NCBI GenBank assembly: GCA_045613785.1
Contig: JAZLBQ010000003.1
Span: forward strand, 32,001-96,000
From: Candidatus Enterousia sp.
GTDB taxonomy: Bacteria; Pseudomonadota; Alphaproteobacteria; Rs-D84
Length of the DNA stretch: 64,000 nucleotides
Direction of reading: 5' to 3'
Shown: positions 52,646 to 62,189 of the stretch, piece after piece
How the letters are laid out: each line of letters starts with the position of its first letter
Numbering within the stretch: the first letter of the stretch is position 1
Notes under the pieces: generated by a model
The model's input: only the letters and a program-made list of their open reading frames with translations
Told to the model about the DNA's origin: nothing
Databases searched by the model: none
Translations under genes and position numbers: made by a program

Positions 52646-53458
52646 TTATTTTATTTTGTTTCTTTTTATTGTGTTGAATAATGTATGGCGATTTTTCAAA
52701 TATAAATCGCATTCGTTAGCGTTGGCGGTTGTTGGGTTGGTGAACATCCGTTTGAACATTTGTGTTTGACCCCATTCCCCAAGATTGTATTTGTTAAACA
52801 TTACAAGGTCGTCAATGCTGATGTTTTGGCAGTAGTTGTATGTGTTTTCAATCGCAATTGATAAGGTGGTTTGCTCGGCACGTAAGAAACCGCTTTCTTC
52901 AAAGGTTGGGGTTTTCTTGTTTTGTATTTGCGAGCGTATAAAATCAAGACTGTTGTAGATTTCACTGTCGCAAGGTCCAAATTCCCATGCTTTCCATTCA
53001 AAGCAACTGATTGGGGAATCTGTTGGGATTTTGGTGTATTTAGATTTTGTTGTCTGGTATTCAAGCCATAACAGGTATAGCAACGCCATTATTTTAATGT
53101 TTTTGGGGGTGTTGTTTTGTATCTGGTCGGTAAATTTTGATATCAGATATGTGGCGACAGATATTTTGTTAAATTTTGGCTGTTTGTCTAAATTTATTAG
53201 GTGGGGCAGCGTGTAGTTGTCGCATAGGCGTGATATTGCCCTGGCCTGTTCGATTGCGGCTGTATAAGAAGTCCAATTAGTAATTTGTTCTAGTGTGCCA
53301 TTTTGTGATAAGAAACGTTCGATGGTTTGGCCGTTTATGGCTGGTTTGTATCGTTCGTTTGGATTATAACTGTGGTTTGATGTTGCGCCTAGCTCACAGC
53401 GTTCTGGACAGCCGTCGCATTTGCGAATGTTTGTCTGATTTGTTTGGCTAAATGGCAT
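52646..53458 (-). CDS. Panacea/SocA (DUF4065)-like domain protein with N-terminal Cys-containing extension
   Basis: VATYLI…IKIMALLYL…WKAWEFGPCDSEIY resembles the DUF4065 core; N-terminal CDGCPERC. Confidence 0.6.
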   Translation of the reverse strand: MPFSQTNQTNIRKCDGCPERCELGATSNHSYNPNERYKPAINGQTIERFLSQNGTLEQITNWTSYTAAIEQARAISRLCDNYTLPHLINLDKQPKFNKISVATYLISKFTDQIQNNTPKNIKIMALLYLLWLEYQTTKSKYTKIPTDSPISCFEWKAWEFGPCDSEIYNSLDFIRSQIQNKKTPTFEESGFLRAEQTTLSIAIENTYNYCQNISIDDLVMFNKYNLGEWGQTQMFKRMFTNPTTANANECDLYLKNRHTLFNTIKRNKIK

Positions 53459-53560
53459 TTTTTTGAATCCTTGTTTATTGTTGTTCTTTGTTAGAATTTT
53501 ATATCAAATATTTGTTATAGCAAGTTGATTTTTGTTGGTTTGTGCGATAGAATTGTCTGT

Positions 53561-54268
53561 ATGAGATTAGATGTAGAATTAGTAAATAGAAATTTGTATC
53601 CAAGTCGAGCCAAAGCTGTTGCTGGTATCGAAGCTGGGTTGGTTTTGGTCAATGGCGTTGTTGCAAAGAAACCAAGTCAGGCGGTTCTGGAAACAGACGT
53701 AATAGTTGCTGATGCGTTGCCGTATGTTAGTGGTCGTGGCAGTTTAAAGTTAGTTCGTGCGTTGGATTATTTTAATGTCAATCCGTCTGGTATGGTTTGT
53801 TTGGATGTTGGGGCTAGCACGGGTGGTTTTACCGAGGTTTTGTTAAATCGTGGTGCAAAGCGTGTTTATGCGGTCGATGTTGGGACAAATCAGTTGGTCC
53901 CGGAATTGAAAAACGATCCTCGAGTTGTGTCGTTAGAGCAAACAGATATTCGCACCCTGCCCGTTCAAGAAACGGTTGAGTTGGTGGTGGTTGATGTTTC
54001 GTTTATTTCGTTGACGGCGATTGTTGATAATTTAAAAGCATGGGAAGCAAAAAAGGTAATTGTTCTGGTTAAACCTCAGTTTGAAGTGCCGCGTGAAGTT
54101 GCTGCAAAAACAAACGGTGTAATAAAAGATAAACAATGGCACGATTGGTCGGTTGAACGTGTTGTAAAAGCGTTTTCAGAGGTCGGTTTTACTTTAGATG
54201 GACTGACGGAGTCTCCGGTTAAAGGTGGTAGTGGGAATACAGAATTTTTGGCGTATTTTAAGTTGTGA
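53561..54268 (+). CDS. tlyA: TlyA family rRNA 2'-O-methyltransferase
   Basis: S4 domain RLD…SRAKA, YVSGRGSLKL, DVGASTGGFT, DVSFISL, VKPQFE, GNTEF. Confidence 0.93.
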   Translation: MRLDVELVNRNLYPSRAKAVAGIEAGLVLVNGVVAKKPSQAVLETDVIVADALPYVSGRGSLKLVRALDYFNVNPSGMVCLDVGASTGGFTEVLLNRGAKRVYAVDVGTNQLVPELKNDPRVVSLEQTDIRTLPVQETVELVVVDVSFISLTAIVDNLKAWEAKKVIVLVKPQFEVPREVAAKTNGVIKDKQWHDWSVERVVKAFSEVGFTLDGLTESPVKGGSGNTEFLAYFKL

Positions 54269-54316
54269 TAAAAGTTTAAGATAGAAAAATATCCGCCTGA
54301 AAATTGCGGATATTTT

Positions 54317-54652
54317 TTATTGTCGTATTTTTGATGTTTTGTTTAGAAGCGTTTTTTTCTCGTTGATTATATTTTGGTATTTGTCAGATTTTTTTGTGGC
54401 AAGTTTACTGTGATCCATCGCCCCCCAAGTGGCTATTAGTAGTGCGATTGATATTGCTATTGATGTTAAAACAGTTTGGTCGGTATTGTTGATTTCAATT
54501 GCCTTTTTAATTGCAATAATTAATGCAGCACCAGCACCACTGCTCGTGAGAATTGCAATGTCTCTTGATAAATCGGCTTGTTTTTGAAAGTATTCTTTTT
54601 TTTCTTCGTAAAGCTTTATTTCTTGTTTTGTGGATTGTTTCTTTTTATTCAT
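54317..54652 (-). CDS. Small two-TM hypothetical protein
   Basis: Basic termini, two hydrophobic segments, GGGGA RBS. Confidence 0.65.
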   Translation of the reverse strand: MNKKKQSTKQEIKLYEEKKEYFQKQADLSRDIAILTSSGAGAALIIAIKKAIEINNTDQTVLTSIAISIALLIATWGAMDHSKLATKKSDKYQNIINEKKTLLNKTSKIRQ

Positions 54653-54675
54653 GGTTTCTAATTCCCCTTGGTTTT

Positions 54676-54969
54676 TTAGCGGGATTTTATTTTGTTGTTT
54701 TTATGGCGTAGTTGCTTTATTTGTCGTTGTGTTTTGTTGTAATGTTGCTTGGTGCTGTATGCACATCCATATAGAATTGCAGCAATTAACGCTAGAGCGA
54801 TGGCTGAATCTGTTTTTTCGTCCATGGAATATGCTACTGCGGCGATAAGTGAGCCACAACCGCCGCATATCGCTAGGACGGATGCCCATTTTGAATCCGT
54901 GGCATTTCGTTTCATTGTTTTTATCAATTTGTTGTTTCGTTCGATTTTATTTTGTTTCTGACTGCTCAT
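54676..54969 (-). CDS. Small two-TM hypothetical protein
   Basis: Same topology as its neighbour; AAGG RBS. Confidence 0.65.
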   Translation of the reverse strand: MSSQKQNKIERNNKLIKTMKRNATDSKWASVLAICGGCGSLIAAVAYSMDEKTDSAIALALIAAILYGCAYSTKQHYNKTQRQIKQLRHKNNKIKSR

Positions 54970-55095
54970 CTTATGCTTACCTTTGTTTTTTTGCTATTTT
55001 TATGCATTAAATTTAAAAAATCAAGGAATCTTCTTGAAAAAAAATGAGGATAGCGGTATGGTATAGCAAGTTTTTACATAAAATAGGAATTGAAA

Positions 55096-57492
55096 ATGGC
55101 AGATGATATGACAAAAATCCATGAGCGTGAGGCAAAATGGCAGAAAAAATGGCATGATGAACGTGCTTTTGTGCCAAAAAATGATGGGTCAAAGCCTAAG
55201 TATTATAATTTGATTGAATTTCCTTTTCCGTCTGGTTCGGGATTGCATGTTGGTCATATGTTGCCATATACAGGTATGGACGTCATGGCACGTTTTCGTC
55301 GTTCTCGTGGGTATGATGTGCTGTTCCCAATCGGATACGATTCAATGGGAATTTCGTCCGAAAACTATGCTACCAAAATTGGAAAACATCCAAGTGAATC
55401 TGTGGCAGAACTAATCAAGATTTTTGAACGTGATATTTCTATTATGGGATTGTCTTTTAATCCGGAATCTAAATTATCTACGTCTGATCCAGAGTTTATC
55501 AAGTGGACACAGTGGATGTTTATTCAGTTCTTTAAGGCGGGGCTGGCATATAAATCTGAATTGCCAATGAACTGGTGTCCTGCATGCAAAACAAATCTGA
55601 CAAATGAAGAACTGGAAGATGGTTGTTGTGAACGTTGTCATGGACCAGTCGAAAAGAAAATGAAGTTGCAGTGGAATTTGGCAATCACTAAGTATGCTGA
55701 TCGCTTGATTGATGATTTGGTGCATGTTGACTATCCAGAAAGAGTCAAAACAGAACAAATAAATTGGATTGGTCGCTCTTATGGTGCAGATGTCGATTTT
55801 ATGGTTGGCGAAGATAAAATGACGGTCTATACCACACGTGTTGATACTATATTTGGTGTGACCTTCTGTGTCGTTGCCCCAGAACATGCTTTGGTTAAGA
55901 AGTGGATAGAAGAAGGTAAAATCACAAATGTTGATGCAGTGAATGACTATATCGCAGCAGCACGTGCCAAGTCTGAATTTGAACGAACAGATGTGACTAA
56001 GGATAAAACTGGTGTTCGCCTGGAAGGTGTTATGGCCAAGAATCCATTTAATGGACGTGAAATACCTGTGTTTATTTCAGACTATGTTTTGGCGGACTAT
56101 GGTTTCGGTGCAATTATGGCGGTGCCTGCACATGATGGTCGTGATTGGGATTTTGCAAAAAAGTTTGGTCTGGAAATTATCCCTGTTCTGGCAGGTGGTG
56201 AGCCTGATAAGGTTTGGGAAGAAGATGGTGTGCATATAAACTCTTCGTTCTTGGACGGTATGGGCAAAGAAGCAGCTATTGCAGCAGCAATTAAATATGG
56301 TGAAGAACACGGCTTTGCACGTGGAACTAAAAAGTATAAGTTAAAAGATTGGGGTTTTTCTCGTCAGATGTATTGGGGCGAACCAATTCCATTGGTCTAT
56401 TGTGAAAAGTGTGGTTGGGTGCCAGTGCCAGAATCTGAATTGCCATTGATGCAGCCGTATATGGCAGATTATAAGCCAACCGATGATGGCGAAGGACCTC
56501 TTGCCCGTGCAACAGATTGGGTAAATACAACTTGTCCGCATTGTGGAGCACCAGCACGTCGTGAAACAGATACTATGCCACAGTGGGCTGGATCTTCATG
56601 GTATTTCTTGCGTTATCTAGATTCAAAGAACAATGATGAATTCTGTTCTCGGACACAACTGGATAAATGGATGCCAGTTGACCATTATAACGGTGGTATG
56701 GAGCATACAACTCGTCATTTGCTGTATTCTCGGTTTTGGTATAAAGCGTTGGCAGATTTAGGATATGTGCCAGGTATCGAACCGTATAAAAAACGCACCA
56801 GTAATGGTTTGATTATGGCAGCAGATGGATCGAAAATGTCAAAATCACGTGGTAATACAGTGCCTAGTTCAGACGTTGTTGCACGCAGTGGTGCAGACGC
56901 ATGTCGTTTGGCTATTTTGTATTTAGGACCATGGGAACAAAGTGCGAATTGGTCTGAAGATACATTGCGTGGTGTGGAAAGATTCTTGAAGCGTGTTGAG
57001 GCATTGTCAGATAATTTGACGGATGAGCCAATGACAGCTGCCCAAGAACGTTTAATGCACAAGTTGATTGCAGATGCAACAGATCGTATTGAAAATATGA
57101 AGTTTAATACTGCGATTTCTGCAATGATGGAATTTATCAATGCGTTTAGTGGTGGTATGCCCCGCCCTGCGTATGAAACATTGTTGCAGGTGCTGAATCC
57201 TTTCGCACCGCATTTAACCGAAGAAATGTGGGAACGTTTGGGACATAGTGATATGCTGGTGTTCCAGCCATGGCCAACATTTGATCCAGCGAAATTGGTT
57301 GAAACAGAAATCACAATCGTTGTGTCGGTAAATGGTAAGCGTGCAAATGACTTTGTTGTGCCAGCAGATAGCAATGAAGAAGCAGTTGTTGCAGCTGCCA
57401 AAGTTGCAGCAGGTGCAAAACTTGATGGGGCGACAATTATCAAGACGGTTGTTGTGCCAAAGAAGTTGGTCAACTTTGTGATAAAGAAATAA
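55096..57492 (+). CDS. leuS: Leucyl-tRNA synthetase
   Basis: FPFPSGSGLHVGH, YTTRVDT, RETDTMPQWAGSSWY, KMSKS. Confidence 0.97.
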   Translation: MADDMTKIHEREAKWQKKWHDERAFVPKNDGSKPKYYNLIEFPFPSGSGLHVGHMLPYTGMDVMARFRRSRGYDVLFPIGYDSMGISSENYATKIGKHPSESVAELIKIFERDISIMGLSFNPESKLSTSDPEFIKWTQWMFIQFFKAGLAYKSELPMNWCPACKTNLTNEELEDGCCERCHGPVEKKMKLQWNLAITKYADRLIDDLVHVDYPERVKTEQINWIGRSYGADVDFMVGEDKMTVYTTRVDTIFGVTFCVVAPEHALVKKWIEEGKITNVDAVNDYIAAARAKSEFERTDVTKDKTGVRLEGVMAKNPFNGREIPVFISDYVLADYGFGAIMAVPAHDGRDWDFAKKFGLEIIPVLAGGEPDKVWEEDGVHINSSFLDGMGKEAAIAAAIKYGEEHGFARGTKKYKLKDWGFSRQMYWGEPIPLVYCEKCGWVPVPESELPLMQPYMADYKPTDDGEGPLARATDWVNTTCPHCGAPARRETDTMPQWAGSSWYFLRYLDSKNNDEFCSRTQLDKWMPVDHYNGGMEHTTRHLLYSRFWYKALADLGYVPGIEPYKKRTSNGLIMAADGSKMSKSRGNTVPSSDVVARSGADACRLAILYLGPWEQSANWSEDTLRGVERFLKRVEALSDNLTDEPMTAAQERLMHKLIADATDRIENMKFNTAISAMMEFINAFSGGMPRPAYETLLQVLNPFAPHLTEEMWERLGHSDMLVFQPWPTFDPAKLVETEITIVVSVNGKRANDFVVPADSNEEAVVAAAKVAAGAKLDGATIIKTVVVPKKLVNFVIKK

Positions 57493-57521
57493 TAAAAAAT
57501 CCCCCAAACGGGGGATTTTTT
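57493..57521. terminator. Bidirectional intrinsic terminator
   Basis: aaaaaATCCCCC-aaac-GGGGGAT-ttttt. Confidence 0.78.
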
Positions 57522-57539
57522 ATTTTAGGTTATATTTTA

Positions 57540-57986
57540 TTATGAAATTTTTTCAATGCGACGAATGCGACGTTCGATTGCATCAAATGGGCTTTCCAGG
57601 AATGATTGAGCAGTTAGGAAAGCAACTTCGATATCAATATCGTCTGCGGCCAGTGCCAAGACGTTTATATCATCGTGAAAACGATCGTCGTGTGCCTGAG
57701 ATGGTGTGTTGCATCGTGAAGCACGAATATGGCGATAGCGGTTAGCCGCAATCATTACACCTGCACCTGTGCCACAAATGATGATTCCACGGGCGTTTTT
57801 GTCGTCCAACATTGCATCTGCTAATGTTGCAGCGACATCTGGGTAGTCCGCAGATGTGTTTGGGTCGTCAACGCCAAGATTTACAACCTCATACCCAACA
57901 GTTGATAACATTTCGATTAAATATAACTTTAACCCTGCCCCACGGTGGTCGGCCGCAATATAGACCTTGGATATGTTTTTGTTCAT
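57540..57986 (-). CDS. rpiB: Ribose-5-phosphate isomerase B family
   Basis: AADHRG, DYPD, ICGTGAG…AANR, RRIEKI. Confidence 0.9.
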   Translation of the reverse strand: MNKNISKVYIAADHRGAGLKLYLIEMLSTVGYEVVNLGVDDPNTSADYPDVAATLADAMLDDKNARGIIICGTGAGVMIAANRYRHIRASRCNTPSQAHDDRFHDDINVLALAADDIDIEVAFLTAQSFLESPFDAIERRIRRIEKIS

Positions 57987-58333
57987 TTGTCGTTGTCCTT
58001 TCGTTTTTCAAGTTTACATTCCAGGCCTGTGTTGCCAGTAATGTTTAATGTGTGATATGACAGCGTGCCAGTCATTTTGGCAGCACTGAAAATATTTGCA
58101 GTCGTAACAGTTGCAGGGCCTTCTAGGGTGCCGTGTAAAAACAAGACTGGTGTTTGAACTGCACCAATAACACGGCCACCACGACCGATTACAACCGTTT
58201 CAGCAGTGATGTCGCCAACCACTTCGCCGTGAATTTGCACGTTGTGGTCGGTTTTTATATCACCTGTCAATTTGCAACCTGCCCCGATGACGGTTGGGGA
58301 TTGTTTTTCGCTTGAATTCGTAAATGCTAACAT
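57983..58333 (-). CDS. Bactofilin (polymer-forming cytoskeletal protein)
   Basis: TVIGAGCKLTGDI…QIHGEVVGDI…VVIGRGGRVIG beta-helix repeats. Confidence 0.85.
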   Translation of the reverse strand: MLAFTNSSEKQSPTVIGAGCKLTGDIKTDHNVQIHGEVVGDITAETVVIGRGGRVIGAVQTPVLFLHGTLEGPATVTTANIFSAAKMTGTLSYHTLNITGNTGLECKLEKRKDNDK

Positions 58334-58335
58334 TG

Positions 58336-59613
58336 TTATTCTTCCTTTACAAATTTTGTTGGGTCAAAAGGCGAACCTTTGTATCTGATTTCGTAGTGTA
58401 GATGTGGCCCCGTTGAACGACCAGAAGAACCAGCCAGACCAATCACTGTGCCAGGACGAACCCAGTCGCCACGTGATACCAATATTTGCGATAGGTGGGC
58501 GTATAATGTTGTAAAGCCTAGCCCGTGGTCAATTTCAACAGTTGTGCCATATCCAACACGTTCTCCGGCTGAGACAACACGGCCAGGTGCGACCGCCATC
58601 AATTCTGTGCCAATTTTGCCAGCAAAATCAAGACCACGATGTTTCTTGGGCTTGCCAGTAAATGGGTCGTTGCGTGTGCCGTAATTTGATGTAATGCGTG
58701 AACTAACAGGCTTGCCCAAAGGTAAAATTTCGTTTAATCTACGCAGACCGTTCCAACGTTCCAGACCATCTGCTAGTTTTTGATATTTTTCGTCCAAGTC
58801 TTTGTCAAATTCAATCGGCGTAAAGGCAGAGCCGACCAATGGATTGGTGTATTTGTTTGCGTTTCTTAATAATGTTGTTTGGCTTAAACCCAGTGTCGCA
58901 AGCGTGTTGTTTATGCGTTTAATGTTCTTTTGTAATTCGTCCGTGTTTTCCTTGGTCAGAGATGTGACAGTGTCAACAATTATGTTGTCTGCGTCCATTA
59001 TTTCTGCCATTGTGTCCAGCATCTGGGCGTTGCGTTTCTTTAAGTCTTCGTTTTCTGCACGGGTTAGTTCGTATTCGGCAGATAATTCAGATAATTTTGT
59101 ATATTCTGGTGTAAAATCTTCGTTGCCCAGCATTTCAACAATACGGGTGCGTAAAAAATCTAGTTCACCCCATGTCTTGATGCGGGTGTTCATCAATTTT
59201 TCTTTGTCTGTGTCAGAAAGTTTTTTTGCATTTAGAACTTTGTCATCAATAATGTTTAAATCACGCACTAGGCTGTTATATTTTGTCAGATAGGTTTGCA
59301 AATCAGACATATGACGGGTGTGAGTGCTGCGTGCTTCTTCTAGTTGTTGGGTGCGTTTTTGCAGCAGTGGGCGGTGATATACAAATACATACGTTGACCA
59401 TGATGCCCATAAAACAAGTCCCACCTTGCCGCAAAAACGGGTAAAACGCCAAAAACTGCTTTGCCCATAGGTGTAAACGTTGCCTCGTGGTGTGTCCATA
59501 ACCGTGAACTCACGTGGTGGAAATATGCGAACAATCAATCGCCATATTGCACGAAATGGTGATGTTATGAATGCCCATAGCGATGTAAAATATCGTGTTA
59601 TAAAGTTTATCAT
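58336..59613 (-). CDS. Membrane-anchored coiled-coil M23 endopeptidase (LmdC/Csd1-like)
   Basis: N-terminal cytoplasmic part, TM, coiled coil, HRGLD, YAHL, STGPHLHYE; directly upstream of bactofilin. Confidence 0.88.
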   Translation of the reverse strand: MINFITRYFTSLWAFITSPFRAIWRLIVRIFPPREFTVMDTPRGNVYTYGQSSFWRFTRFCGKVGLVLWASWSTYVFVYHRPLLQKRTQQLEEARSTHTRHMSDLQTYLTKYNSLVRDLNIIDDKVLNAKKLSDTDKEKLMNTRIKTWGELDFLRTRIVEMLGNEDFTPEYTKLSELSAEYELTRAENEDLKKRNAQMLDTMAEIMDADNIIVDTVTSLTKENTDELQKNIKRINNTLATLGLSQTTLLRNANKYTNPLVGSAFTPIEFDKDLDEKYQKLADGLERWNGLRRLNEILPLGKPVSSRITSNYGTRNDPFTGKPKKHRGLDFAGKIGTELMAVAPGRVVSAGERVGYGTTVEIDHGLGFTTLYAHLSQILVSRGDWVRPGTVIGLAGSSGRSTGPHLHYEIRYKGSPFDPTKFVKEE

Positions 59614-60293
59614 TTCTGGGTCAGTTTAGACAAAATATCGTCAATAGTCAAGCCATCACGCAAAATTGGTTCGTGATTCATAGGCAAGCCTTGGTGGATT
59701 GTTGTTATTCCTTTTGTGCCTAGACGGCCAGATAACAGAACTCGCTCAGCAGTGTTTTTGCCACCAAATAGGGGTAAAATTCGGATGTCGCCAAGTTTTG
59801 TCGCCATTTGACCGATTGCTAATGCCGCTGTTGCTGCATCGGTAATCATACAAAATGTTCCCATCGGTTTAACCCGTGCAATGCATCGGGATATCCAATT
59901 TTTTAAATCTGCGTTATGGTGGGCATTGTGATTGGCAGGTGTGCCGTTAAAATACGGCGGATTCGTGATAACTAGGTCAAATGTGCGGTTCGTTCGCCAT
60001 GTGTAAATGTCGTTTGATAATAATTCAATGTTTTTGTTGTTTAATTCACAATTTATCTGTGTGGCGTTTAGCATTTGATCGGAAACGTCAATGCCCGTTA
60101 TTTGGGCTTTGGGATTGTGGTTTAGCAGGCATAATGAAACACCCCCTGTTCCAATGCCCACGTCTAGAACTGTTTTTGCGTTTGTTGGTGCAAATGCTGC
60201 TAGCCATACCGCATCAGATGTTGGGTTGTAATGACTGTGTCGCATTTGAATACGACCGCCTAAAAGGCTAAAAAAATCTTGTTTTATGCTCAT
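59610..60293 (-). CDS. SAM-dependent methyltransferase (tRNA1Val m6A37, YfiC-like)
   Basis: DAVWLAAF, LDVGIGTG, ITNPPYF. Confidence 0.8.
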   Translation of the reverse strand: MSIKQDFFSLLGGRIQMRHSHYNPTSDAVWLAAFAPTNAKTVLDVGIGTGGVSLCLLNHNPKAQITGIDVSDQMLNATQINCELNNKNIELLSNDIYTWRTNRTFDLVITNPPYFNGTPANHNAHHNADLKNWISRCIARVKPMGTFCMITDAATAALAIGQMATKLGDIRILPLFGGKNTAERVLLSGRLGTKGITTIHQGLPMNHEPILRDGLTIDDILSKLTQK

Positions 60294-60333
60294 AGCTATT
60301 TATAATAAAGCATTAAAAGCAAAAGGCAAGTTT

Positions 60334-61308
60334 ATGTTAGATAATATGATTGTTGTGCAAAGTGCAGTTAGTGCGTTTAATAATGCGGCGTTGTTGGCAC
60401 CTGCGTTTTTATGGTGGGGATTGCTGGCGGTGCCTTTGTTTGCGTTTGTGTATAAATATTCAGGTTTGTTCTGTGAGAAGTTAAATTGCGATATCAAAAA
60501 TGTTTCTGTTTGGACTGTTGGTTTGATTTTTGCTTGGGTTGTTTTGTTTGGTGGGGCATATAATGTCTTGCGTGATAGTTTATCAGTGTTGCCTTTTACT
60601 GTTGCAATGATTTTGTTTTTGTCTGCGTTATTTGTTTCTTCGCATATGAGAAATCGACCCCTGCCCCGTATGACGTGGTGGCGGATATTGATGATCGCTG
60701 TGTGCGTGGCGTTGATTGGTATGTCTGATATGCATGTGTGGTGGGGACCGTTATTGCAGATTGGGGCAACTGTTCTTGGTTTCTTTCTGGGACGTATGGC
60801 CAAAGGGGAAATGAGACCTGTGGCTGGGACTTTGTTGATTGTGCTGTGTGTAGCGACAGCAATGTTGATGCAGCCAGAGTTCTTTAGATTTGGACAGTTA
60901 GGAAATTTGACTGTTGCACATTTAGGTGCAATGTTGCTTTTGGCGATGGCAGCAATGGCGGCAATCGCAACGTTGAATATTAAATCTTCTGGTAAAGTCA
61001 AAAGAAGTATTTTTGTTAAATTAAAATGGTTGATGCGTGTCTTGTGTGCGTTGGGTGCTGCCCTGTTTATTATTACAGAAGCGGTGCCGGTATTTATTGG
61101 AACTATGGCCGCAATGTTTGTGATGTTTGCGGTGTCTGTGTGGCACAGTCGTGCAGATTTTGAACAGTTTGGGGTTATGATGTTTGCGCTGGCTTTGGTG
61201 ATGTTTGGAATAATTACTGTTATGCCTGTTATTACTGTGTTGGGGGTTTTGTTATGGCGTAATCAAAAATGTGCTGATTTTAGACAGTTAGTCAGACGTT
61301 TGTTATAA
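60334..61308 (+). CDS. Polytopic membrane protein, unknown function
   Basis: About 10 hydrophobic segments; start taken at MLDNM. Confidence 0.75.
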   Translation: MLDNMIVVQSAVSAFNNAALLAPAFLWWGLLAVPLFAFVYKYSGLFCEKLNCDIKNVSVWTVGLIFAWVVLFGGAYNVLRDSLSVLPFTVAMILFLSALFVSSHMRNRPLPRMTWWRILMIAVCVALIGMSDMHVWWGPLLQIGATVLGFFLGRMAKGEMRPVAGTLLIVLCVATAMLMQPEFFRFGQLGNLTVAHLGAMLLLAMAAMAAIATLNIKSSGKVKRSIFVKLKWLMRVLCALGAALFIITEAVPVFIGTMAAMFVMFAVSVWHSRADFEQFGVMMFALALVMFGIITVMPVITVLGVLLWRNQKCADFRQLVRRLL

Positions 61309-61391
61309 TTGGTTATATTTCTTTAATACCAATTTTTGTCGGAATAATGTATTATCAGCCTGTTAGTAATGTAAAAAAAGCGAGTTTTATT

Positions 61392-62189
61392 ATGGCAATA
61401 CATCCGACAGCAATTATTTCAGAAGGTGCAAAGTTAGGGGCAGATTGTAAAATTGGCCCATATTGTGTGGTTGGCCCAAATGTTGTTTTGGGCGATCGTG
61501 TGGAATTAGTTTCTCATGTGGTTATTGATGGAAAAACATCTATTGGTGATGATTCTATTGTTTATCCGTTTGCTGTTTTGGGCGTGATGAGTCAGGACTT
61601 GAAATGGCAGGACGAAGCTACAATGACGGGACTGCGTATCGGAAAGCGGTGCAGAATCCGAGAATATGCAACAATTCATTCGGGAACACCTGCATCTGAT
61701 GGAACGGTAATTGGTGATGACTGTCAGATTATGGTAAATGCACACGTCGGACATGATTGCAAGGTTGGTAATAGTGTGGTGATGTCAAATTTGGTTCAGG
61801 TTGCAGGACATGTTGAAATAGAAGATTTTGCAATTCTGTCTGGTGGAACAATGGTTTTGCAATTTGCACGTATTGGACGTAATGCGTTTATTGGTGGTAT
61901 GTCTGGGGTTGGTAATGATGTGTTGCCATACGCAATTTATGATGGAAATCGTGCAGTATATCGCACTATCAATCGTGTTGGGTTGATGCGTCATGGTTTT
62001 ACAAATGAAGATATGCACGCAATTCATTCTGTGTATGCGGCAGTATTTCGTGGCGGAGAAGGAACTGTTTCTGAAAGATTGGCTAAAGTTCGCAAGGATG
62101 TGAAAAATAACAAGTATGCGATGGATGCAATTGATTTTATCGAAAATCGTTCAAAGCGTGGAATTGGAACATCTAAGAATGCAGAATAA
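61392..62189 (+). CDS. lpxA: UDP-N-acetylglucosamine acyltransferase
   Basis: IHPTAII, hexapeptide repeats, SQDLK, IREYATIHSGT, HVGHDC. Confidence 0.95.
   Translation: MAIHPTAIISEGAKLGADCKIGPYCVVGPNVVLGDRVELVSHVVIDGKTSIGDDSIVYPFAVLGVMSQDLKWQDEATMTGLRIGKRCRIREYATIHSGTPASDGTVIGDDCQIMVNAHVGHDCKVGNSVVMSNLVQVAGHVEIEDFAILSGGTMVLQFARIGRNAFIGGMSGVGNDVLPYAIYDGNRAVYRTINRVGLMRHGFTNEDMHAIHSVYAAVFRGGEGTVSERLAKVRKDVKNNKYAMDAIDFIENRSKRGIGTSKNAE

Noticed and set aside
51484-54969. Xer-integrated element (IMEX or pdif module) at dif
   Set aside because: I saw no second dif-like site and no Rep or phage genes; tlyA nearby is a housekeeping gene.
56715-61001. Long antisense ORFs 56715..57473 and 60300..61001
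   Set aside because: Shadows of leuS and the membrane-protein gene.
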